From an uncultured archaeon (GTDB lineage: Archaea > Iainarchaeota > Iainarchaeia > Iainarchaeales > CSSED10-239), in assembly GCA_964591795.1 (NCBI GenBank), contig CAZQEL010000005.1, forward strand, positions 27,968 through 40,615: a stretch of 12,648 bases of DNA, written 5' to 3'. Each line of letters opens with the position of its first letter. Position 1 is the stretch's first letter. Of this stretch, positions 6,864-12,648 are shown in pieces. The position numbers and the translations under genes were made by a program. The notes below the pieces were generated by a model. The model did not search any database and was not told the DNA's origin. It saw nothing but the letters and a program-made list of their open reading frames with translations.

Positions 6864-6975
6864 TAATTTTTAAATGTTATTTAATTAAAAATTTCTACTT
6901 ATTATATAAATAAATATTTATTGGAATATTATAACTATTTTTAATATATTATTTAGTACATACAAAGTAGTGTTG

Positions 6976-6985
6976 TATATATATA
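6976..6985 (+). promoter_or_regulatory. TATATATATA tract, a possible TATA element for the candidate RNA downstream
   Basis: It lies about 20-30 nt upstream of the first long stem (7004-7012). This rests on composition only. Confidence 0.15.
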
Positions 6986-7003
6986 GTTGTCATATCATAG
7001 TTA

Positions 7004-7172
7004 TGTTGGATTGAAAAAGCAATTCTTTAAAGAGATGATAAAGAAGAAGCAATTTGGTTTTAACCTATGATTATACACCAAAAATCCGACAGTTAGGAGG
7101 AGCGAAACTCACCAAGTTTGATTGGAAATTATATTGTGTGTGCTCCCCTATCTTGAATATTTACTTTTTTTT
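7004..7172 (+). ncRNA. Candidate structured small RNA of unknown class (strand and ends uncertain)
   Basis: It lies in an orphan 323-bp gap between convergent genes, and segment ~7078-7149 is clearly more G+C-rich than the flanking spacer. Stem A pairs 7004-7012 with 7083-7091 (9 bp, one G-U). Stem B pairs 7094-7104 with 7141-7150 (10 pairs, with A7098 bulged). A hairpin nested in stem B pairs 7105-7109 with 7115-7119 around a CACCA loop. A T8 run follows at 7165-7172. I see no match to tRNA, C/D, H/ACA, SRP or RNase P signatures. Confidence 0.25.
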
Positions 7173-7178
7173 AAAAAA
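7165..7178. terminator. T8A6 palindromic tract, a possible bidirectional oligo-T terminator
   Basis: ttttttttaaaaaa reads as T8 on the + strand (after the candidate RNA) and T6 on the - strand, 9 nt after the TraB stop. Confidence 0.3.
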
Positions 7179-7186
7179 TAGAAAAT

Positions 7187-7945
7187 TTATTTTATACTTA
7201 ATATTTTTTTAACATTTATTTTATTATTAAAAATTTCTTTTGAAAGTCCCTCAATGTGACCAGCTCCAACAACTACAACCATGCTGTTTATTTCAGGATC
7301 TTTTAATGTTTCTCTAATTCCAAATGCCATAAACTGATCTCTTTCATCAATCATTATTCTTTTAAGTGTTTTATGTTTTTTCATAAATATATTTAATATT
7401 TTATTTACTTTTTTATTACTTTCTTCATCATCAACACTTTTTAAAAGAACGTTAATATCAAAGTCTTTACCTAGTTCTTTTTTAATTGAAAAACCACCAA
7501 ATAAAAGTCTCATCTTATCTTTAAAAGTTAAGTTTTTAATAAGTTTTTCTAAAGTAAATTCAGCATCTCTATCTAATAAAATTAGTTTACAATCATTTTC
7601 TTTTGCTGAAAGAACACCTTGAATCATTTCTTCACCAGGGGTTGTATCAAATTTACTTGCAATACCTTTTTGAAATTTATGAAGTACATAGTATACCATA
7701 AAAAGAACTGGTTTTTTTGCTTTAAAAACATCTTTAAATTGTATTTCTTTTTTTTTCTCTTTACTCATTATACTTCTTAGTCTATTGATATCAAGTTCAA
7801 TTCCAACTATGTCTGGCTTTTCTTTTTCAATAGTTTCTTTAACTAATTGTTTACTTTTTTTTGAAATATGAGCTGTTCCAATAAGTATTACTTTTTTATT
7901 TTCATATAAAATTGTGTTTATCATAAAATCACTTAAAAAAAACAT
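7187..7945 (-). CDS. TraB/PrgY-family protein
   Basis: The N-terminal KKVILIGTAHISKKSKQLVKETIEKEKPDIVGIELD matches the GTAH(V/I)S...PD.V.(V/I)EL signature, and the C-terminal VVVVGAGHIEGL matches GAGH. The length of 252 aa is typical. The start could be the second Met at 7924. Confidence 0.85.
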   Translation of the reverse strand: MFFLSDFMINTILYENKKVILIGTAHISKKSKQLVKETIEKEKPDIVGIELDINRLRSIMSKEKKKEIQFKDVFKAKKPVLFMVYYVLHKFQKGIASKFDTTPGEEMIQGVLSAKENDCKLILLDRDAEFTLEKLIKNLTFKDKMRLLFGGFSIKKELGKDFDINVLLKSVDDEESNKKVNKILNIFMKKHKTLKRIMIDERDQFMAFGIRETLKDPEINSMVVVVGAGHIEGLSKEIFNNKINVKKILSIK

Positions 7946-7990
7946 TTAAATATGTTTACTATAAATATATATTATATATAAATTTATATA
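7946..7990. promoter_or_regulatory. 45-bp pure-AT/TATA-rich divergent spacer between traB-like and surface-protein genes
   Basis: It contains tataaatatatattatatataaatttatata, with multiple overlapping TATA-like words on both strands. The effective spacer is ~90-100 bp if the internal Met codons are the true starts. Confidence 0.3.
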
Positions 7991-10900
7991 ATGTATTATA
8001 ATATAAGGAATATGATGAATTTTATGATGAAAAAAATAAATATTATTTTGCTGTTTACATTGATTTTAGGATTATTATTATTTACAAGCACATTAAGTGC
8101 TTATACAATTAATTCAATAGATATAGATGAAGAGTATAACTATAAAGACTCTGATCCTTACCATATTATAATAGATATAACTCTTGATGGTAATGAAAGC
8201 AGTCCTAATATTCCTTTAACAATTAATTCTGATTACCAACCGACAGTAATTAACTTTAATACTGAAAGATCAGATCATACTGCTAATTTTTATTTAGACT
8301 TTGAATCTTTTTCTAGTTCATGGGAAGGAGGGATTAGTGATGATTGGCCAAAAATCATTGTGAATGATATTGATACAATTACAGTTACTGATGGAAATGG
8401 TAATTCTGATACAATGAGGGTAGACAATGTTTCTCCTAACATAGGTACTTTTACAATCTCTTCATTAGGTACTAATTATAACGATTACTATAGAGGAGAT
8501 GTAAACTTAAATCTAAGTGGATATTCAGATACTAATAGATATTTAGATAATTTTATAGTTTATGTTGTTGAAACTGATAATTTAGATTTTTATGATTCTG
8601 ATTATATTAGAAAGATAGATACAGATGATAATTCCACACAAATATATTTAGAATCATCAACATTACCTGATGCTAACTATTTTGTTTTGGTTGATGCAAT
8701 TGATGCTTCTGGAAATGTAGGTATTTCTGCAGATGTAAAAAATACAAAAAAGATATTATATACTGATAATACTGAACCAGGAGTTACAAGATTTAGAATT
8801 AATGAATCTATAAAATCTTTATCTAATAATGAAATATATTATGTTAATTCATTTGATTTTAATTTTGATATTCAATTAGAAGATCCAGTATCAAGTATAA
8901 AAAATGGTACTTTGACAGGTTTTGCACCCGATGGAAGTTATATTGATAGTAAGGATTTTAACTCAGATATAAGTGGTTTTAGTCATCATTTATTTAGTGA
9001 GTATTTAACAGTAGATACCTATCACATTTATTTTGATGTAAATGATTATGTAAATAACTTATCACATTATGATTTTAATATTCAAATTGATTCTAATGCT
9101 CCTACAACTCCAACAGTTCCAACATTAACAAGAGCTGTTGATAATAATATAACTGTTTCTGCTTGGGGGGTTTCAACTGACGATGGAAGTGGACTTAAAT
9201 ATCAAATTTATAGATCTACATCTACTTTTACAGATGTAACTACACAAACATTAGTTTGTACTTTAACACCAACAGCACCAAAAACTTGTCTAGATACAGA
9301 TTCAAAATCCCAAAATACAAGATACTATTATGGTGTTTCAGCTGTTGATAATGCTGGAAACAAAAGTGCTGTAATTTCCGTAAGTGTAAAAACAGGGCCT
9401 GAATTAACTGTTGATATAGATTTTGATTATTCAACTTATGTTAAAGAAACAACTCCTGAGATAAATTTAGAATGTGGTTCTGATGTGAATGCTGTAAGAT
9501 TAAGTTGTAATGGAACTACTTTTACTGCTTGGGATGAAATTACAAGCACTACTACTGTTTATGATACTTTTAATATAACTTCTGGAAATGGATGTACAAC
9601 TACTCAAGGATTAAAAACAATTTACGTTGAGGCAAGAAGTGAAGATGATCCTTTTACAGTTACAAGAGAATCACTTGAAATTAAATATGACTCTCAAGCA
9701 CCAACAGTGCCTTCAAATGTAGTAGCAACAGCACAAACAAATGGTTCTGTAAAAATAACTTGGAATGAATCAACTGATATTAATGGTTCTGGTGTTGAAG
9801 AATATAAAATTTATTATTCACAGCAAGATGATGTAAGTACTTCTAGCTCTAGTTTTTTAACTTCAGATACTGAGTATATTTACAAACCTAATTTAGATGC
9901 TACTTTTTATTTTAAATTAATATCTATTGATAGACTTGGAAATGAATCTGTTTTAAGTACAGGAGTTTCTGGAGCTACAAAAAGATTCGGTCCATCTTTT
10001 ACTTATAATGTAAATCCAAAGAATATTGTAAATGATATTTATTATATTAAAAAAGGAAATATTACTTTTACTGTGACAAGTAGTCAAGAATTAAAACAAA
10101 CTCCTACAATTAGAATAAAGGTAGGGACAGGCGCTTATCAAAATATACCTGCATCTTATAATAATTTAATTACTACTGCAAGTTATGATTTTCAAACAAG
10201 CGGTGCTGGAGTTTTAGAAATTACTGGTATTAATAATAGTAATGAATCAACAATAGATTCTTTTAGTTTTGTAGTAGATGCTACAACCCCAGTTTTTGAT
10301 GTTAATTATATTTTTAGTGATGAAAATAAATATTTTTCTTTTTCAATAAATAATTTTTCAGAAGATGTTTTTAGAGTTCAATATTTATTAAATAATAATG
10401 AAGAAATTTGTTTTATTAATGACTCTAATAATAATTATTTATGTGAATTTGATTCCACAGTATATCCTGATGCCTCTATGAAAATATATGTTTTAGCTTC
10501 AGACTTAGCTTTTAATTATACTACACAAATAGTTGATTTTGAAATTAATAATATTGACGAACAATTAGTTTTAAAACAAACACTTATTGCTAATATTTCT
10601 AAAAATAAAGCGCTTATTGAGGATACAATGTTATTTTTAACAGATATTTCTTTAGAAGTATCTGCTGATATAATTACAAAATTTGATCTTGTAAAAGAAA
10701 AGATAACTGAAGCAACTTCTTTTGAGGATTTTAATAACTTTACATCTGCAGTTGAATCTTACACAGTTGCAGATGATCTTCTTTCAGAAATAATAGAAAT
10801 TTTACCAAAGGAAACTGTTTTAAAAACAAAAAATTTAGTTATTGATTTTAAAAATCATGGTTATGATTTTAATACTGTTATTTTAGATCAGAATACAATT

Positions 10901-11605
10901 AATGATAATTTATTTTTTTATGATATTAATAATACTGATTTAAATGGTATTAGTGTGTCTAGAGAATTAAGTATATTTGAAATTTCAAATTTAAATTTTT
11001 ATTCCTCTGTTTTAACTTTTGACAATAATACAGATAGTAATATAACAATTTCATTTATTGAATTTGTGCCTAAAGAATTTTCAAAATCTGCAACTGCAAT
11101 TTACTTTGATAGAGATATAACTGTAATTGATGATGATCCAATTATTTTATACAATATTACAATTCCACCAAAATCATCAGTATCTACAAGATATATTGGA
11201 AAAGAAGCTGTAACTAGTTTTGATTCTTTAACTAAATTTGACTTAATTAATTATAGTCCATCTCTTTTGTTAACTGGTTTTGTTACTAAAGATATTCTTA
11301 ATTTATCTGTACCTTTATTTAGCACAAAATCTTTATTTTTAATTTCAGTTGTATTTTTAGTAATAATTGTTGTTTTAATTTTGATTTGGATGCTTGCATC
11401 TTCACGTAAGAAAAAAGATGCTGTTTTTACAAGTTTAGGACCAAAAGAAACAATGAATAATTATTTAGGAGATAAAATTGGAGATAAGAATACTTCCGAA
11501 AATTCCAACTCTCAAGATAATTCTAAAAGTGATATTGAAAAGAAAGGAACTTTTGATAATAATTATGAATTTATTTTAAATGCAGTAAAAAGAGAAAATA
11601 AATAA
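7991..11605 (+). CDS. Large (up to 1204 aa) type-I membrane-anchored cell-surface protein with two fibronectin type III-like domains; putative S-layer/adhesin-like envelope protein
   Basis: It has an N-terminal signal peptide, a long Asn/Ser/Thr/Asp-rich ectodomain, two FN3-like modules, a single C-terminal TM helix followed by RKKKD, and a 67-aa polar tail. The likely true start is Met at 8012, 8024 or 8027. No enzymatic motifs were recognised. Confidence 0.85.
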   Translation: MYYNIRNMMNFMMKKINIILLFTLILGLLLFTSTLSAYTINSIDIDEEYNYKDSDPYHIIIDITLDGNESSPNIPLTINSDYQPTVINFNTERSDHTANFYLDFESFSSSWEGGISDDWPKIIVNDIDTITVTDGNGNSDTMRVDNVSPNIGTFTISSLGTNYNDYYRGDVNLNLSGYSDTNRYLDNFIVYVVETDNLDFYDSDYIRKIDTDDNSTQIYLESSTLPDANYFVLVDAIDASGNVGISADVKNTKKILYTDNTEPGVTRFRINESIKSLSNNEIYYVNSFDFNFDIQLEDPVSSIKNGTLTGFAPDGSYIDSKDFNSDISGFSHHLFSEYLTVDTYHIYFDVNDYVNNLSHYDFNIQIDSNAPTTPTVPTLTRAVDNNITVSAWGVSTDDGSGLKYQIYRSTSTFTDVTTQTLVCTLTPTAPKTCLDTDSKSQNTRYYYGVSAVDNAGNKSAVISVSVKTGPELTVDIDFDYSTYVKETTPEINLECGSDVNAVRLSCNGTTFTAWDEITSTTTVYDTFNITSGNGCTTTQGLKTIYVEARSEDDPFTVTRESLEIKYDSQAPTVPSNVVATAQTNGSVKITWNESTDINGSGVEEYKIYYSQQDDVSTSSSSFLTSDTEYIYKPNLDATFYFKLISIDRLGNESVLSTGVSGATKRFGPSFTYNVNPKNIVNDIYYIKKGNITFTVTSSQELKQTPTIRIKVGTGAYQNIPASYNNLITTASYDFQTSGAGVLEITGINNSNESTIDSFSFVVDATTPVFDVNYIFSDENKYFSFSINNFSEDVFRVQYLLNNNEEICFINDSNNNYLCEFDSTVYPDASMKIYVLASDLAFNYTTQIVDFEINNIDEQLVLKQTLIANISKNKALIEDTMLFLTDISLEVSADIITKFDLVKEKITEATSFEDFNNFTSAVESYTVADDLLSEIIEILPKETVLKTKNLVIDFKNHGYDFNTVILDQNTINDNLFFYDINNTDLNGISVSRELSIFEISNLNFYSSVLTFDNNTDSNITISFIEFVPKEFSKSATAIYFDRDITVIDDDPIILYNITIPPKSSVSTRYIGKEAVTSFDSLTKFDLINYSPSLLLTGFVTKDILNLSVPLFSTKSLFLISVVFLVIIVVLILIWMLASSRKKKDAVFTSLGPKETMNNYLGDKIGDKNTSENSNSQDNSKSDIEKKGTFDNNYEFILNAVKRENK
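8024..8101 (+). other. Predicted Sec signal peptide of the surface protein
   Basis: MMKKINIILLFTLILGLLLFTSTLSA|YT has a basic n-region, a hydrophobic core and a small-x-small (LSA) cleavage motif. Confidence 0.7.
9098..9400 (+). other. Fibronectin type III-like domain 1
   Basis: APTTPTVPTL...ITVSAWGVSTDDGSGLKYQIYRS...YYYGVSAVDNAGNKSAVISV shows the Pro-rich start, the W in strand B, the Y-x-(I/V)-Y strand and the tyrosine-corner/DxxGN ending typical of prokaryotic FN3. Confidence 0.75.
9698..9979 (+). other. Fibronectin type III-like domain 2
   Basis: APTVPSNVVATAQTNGSVKITWNESTDINGSGVEEYKIYYSQ...FYFKLISIDRLGNESV shows the same pattern as domain 1. Confidence 0.78.
11333..11398 (+). other. 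C-terminal transmembrane anchor of the surface protein
   Basis: LFLISVVFLVIIVVLILIWMLA is followed by SSRKKKD (positive-inside rule) and a polar Asn/Ser/Lys-rich tail. Confidence 0.8.
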
Positions 11606-11618
11606 AATTTGAATTTTT

Positions 11619-12648
11619 ATGATAGAAGGAATGGACAGAAGAATAATTATTGTTGGTGGTGGTCCAACTGGTCTTTATTCAGCATATCTTTTAAAAAAAT
11701 TAAACCCAAATATAATTGTAACTGTTATTGAGGAACATAAAGTTTGTGGGACTCCTATTTGTTGTAGTGGTTTAATTGATGTTTCTGGATACAATAGATT
11801 AAAACTTAAAAATAATTTAGTATTAAAAGATTTTTTAATAAATAAAGTTTATGGTTGTCATGTTTTTGGTCCACTTGAAGCAAGACTAAATATTTTTTCA
11901 GAAGATACTAAAGCATATGTAATAGATAGAGATAAATTTGACAATAGTATTAGAACAATTGCAGAAAATTTTGGTGTTGAAATTTTAACTGGAAAACGAG
12001 TAGTTGTAGTTAAAGATAATTTTATAACTTATAAAGATCTTGAAACAAATGAAGAAATAGAACTTAGATATGATTTTTTAATAGGTGCTGATGGACCAAA
12101 TTCACTTGTTAGAAAAACCTTTTTCCCAGAAATAAAAAATAAGAATTTTATTCACACTTATCAAGTAACAGTTGAAGGTAATTTTGATTATAAAAATGTT
12201 TCTGTTTATTTAGGTGATTTTGCAAAAGGTTTATTTGCATGGATTGTTCCAGAATCCTCTACAGTTGCAAAAATTGGTTTAGGTGTACCGTTAGGTAAAA
12301 ATCCAAAAGATATGTTTTTAAAATTTAAAGAAAAATACAAAATTACTTATAATAAAGAAATTTATGAATGTTCAGGTGTTTTACCTATTTTAAGACCATT
12401 AAAGAATTTAGTTTACAATAATGTTTTACTTGTAGGTGATGCTGCTTGTTTTGTTAAGGCAACTACTGGTGGTGGAATTAATTTTGGTTTAATTTCATCT
12501 GAAATGGCTGCAAAAGCAATCAATGATAGAATAAAAGAATATAAAGATTTAAAAGTATATAATGATTATCTGTCAGAGTATAGAAAAGAACTTAATCTTC
12601 ATTATAAAATTAGAAAATATTTGTTTTCTAAAACAATTTTTGAACAAG
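11619..12648 (+). CDS. Geranylgeranyl reductase-family FAD-dependent oxidoreductase (likely digeranylgeranylglycerophospholipid reductase); 3' end runs off the window
   Basis: It is absent from the ORF track because no stop lies within the window. The frame is open from ATG 11619 to the end. It contains RRIIIVGGGPTGL (GxGxxG FAD fold), VCGTPICCSGL, FLIGADGPNSLVRK and LLVGDAACFVKATTGGGINFG (GDAA...TGGGI), which are signatures of the GGR family. Confidence 0.85.
   Translation, partial: MIEGMDRRIIIVGGGPTGLYSAYLLKKLNPNIIVTVIEEHKVCGTPICCSGLIDVSGYNRLKLKNNLVLKDFLINKVYGCHVFGPLEARLNIFSEDTKAYVIDRDKFDNSIRTIAENFGVEILTGKRVVVVKDNFITYKDLETNEEIELRYDFLIGADGPNSLVRKTFFPEIKNKNFIHTYQVTVEGNFDYKNVSVYLGDFAKGLFAWIVPESSTVAKIGLGVPLGKNPKDMFLKFKEKYKITYNKEIYECSGVLPILRPLKNLVYNNVLLVGDAACFVKATTGGGINFGLISSEMAAKAINDRIKEYKDLKVYNDYLSEYRKELNLHYKIRKYLFSKTIFEQ

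Noticed and set aside
7001-7081. Micro-ORFs in the CPBP-TraB spacer that could be a peptide partner for the CPBP/TraB pair. Examples are a - strand TTG-initiated 26-codon ORF (LVYNHRLKPNCFFFIISLKNCFFNPT) and a + strand 11-codon ORF at 7035-7070 (MIKKKQFGFNL).
   Set aside because: They have no SD-like motif, rely on a non-ATG start or are very short, and frames of this length are expected by chance. They cannot be supported without conservation or ribosome-profiling data.
7035-7089. Possible archaeal C/D box sRNA: AUGAUAA (7035-7041), 12 nt, UUGG, 9 nt, AUGAUUA (7067-7073), exactly 12 nt, CCGA (7086-7089); total 55 nt
   Set aside because: The spacing is right, but both C-like boxes lack the conserved G at position 6. 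The D' position has no GA, the D-like box is CCGA rather than CUGA, and there is no terminal stem. That is too many deviations at positions needed for the k-turn. It remains worth a snoscan-type check.
7095-7100. Perfect AGGAGG Shine-Dalgarno-like hexamer in the intergenic region
   Set aside because: No ATG, GTG or TTG lies 4-12 nt downstream. The nearest candidate is TTG 7118, which is 17 nt away and opens only a 12-codon frame. The hexamer is better explained as one arm of the 7094-7104/7141-7150 helix.
7094-7150. tRNA or tRNA half suggested by the GC-rich stem (taggaggagcg / tgctccccta)
   Set aside because: The enclosed element is only 57 nt and the stem has a bulge. There is no T-loop (TTCRA) or D-arm pattern on either strand.
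9240-9434. 64-aa ORF on the - strand
   Set aside because: It is antisense to FN3 domain 1 of the surface protein, with no independent support.
11280-11605. PGF-CTERM/archaeosortase-type sorting signal at the C-terminus of the surface protein
   Set aside because: There is no Pro-Gly-Phe motif before the TM helix. The helix is followed by a 67-aa tail rather than a few basic residues at the extreme C-terminus, so a conventional type-I anchor fits better.
1-12648. Mobile elements, integrases, toxin-antitoxin pairs or defence systems (the PIN protein could suggest VapC)
   Set aside because: No transposase or integrase motifs or terminal inverted repeats were seen. The PIN gene has no upstream antitoxin ORF and sits in the conserved aIF2gamma-PIN-RpoE' context with an Fcf1-like C-terminal motif, which points to rRNA processing rather than a toxin.

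Overview
Strongly AT-rich archaeal chromosomal segment. Every translation and transcription gene is the archaeal/eukaryotic type (S28e, L24e, S6e, S24e, S27ae, aIF5B, aIF2-gamma, Rpo7, Spt4). Tight packing, divergent GTPase motifs and missing accessory genes suggest a small-genome, fast-evolving lineage such as DPANN, but that is inference only. Positions 1-6294 hold the conserved archaeal information-processing superoperon on the + strand: a partial upstream CDS, rps28e, rpl24e, aIF5B, rps6e, aIF2-gamma, an Fcf1-like PIN protein, RpoE'/Rpo7, Spt4/RpoE'', rps24e and rps27ae. Nearly every gene follows a GGTG Shine-Dalgarno-like motif, and two junctions overlap. Positions 6327-12648 are envelope/accessory genes: a CPBP (CAAX/Abi-type) intramembrane protease, a 323-bp orphan intergenic region, a convergent TraB-family gene on the - strand, a 1204-aa membrane-anchored surface protein with two fibronectin-III-like domains, and the 5' part of a geranylgeranyl-reductase-family flavoprotein. 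I recognised no rRNA, tRNA, CRISPR array, transposase or integrase. Points worth a second look: (1) a locally GC-enriched, stem-rich segment in the orphan intergenic region, bounded by a TATA-like tract and a T8 run, which may be an unclassified small RNA; (2) an S24e roughly doubled in length by six tandem 45-48 bp repeats encoding a KPKVEDVKEE-type tail, with a related repeat tail on the partial gene at the window start and a Lys-rich tail on Rpo7; (3) the giant FN3-containing surface protein beside the CPBP/TraB pair; (4) an aIF2-gamma with no cysteines in its zinc-knuckle insert. No complete novel multi-gene system can be demonstrated from sequence alone, and the accessory-half hypotheses are marked as inference.
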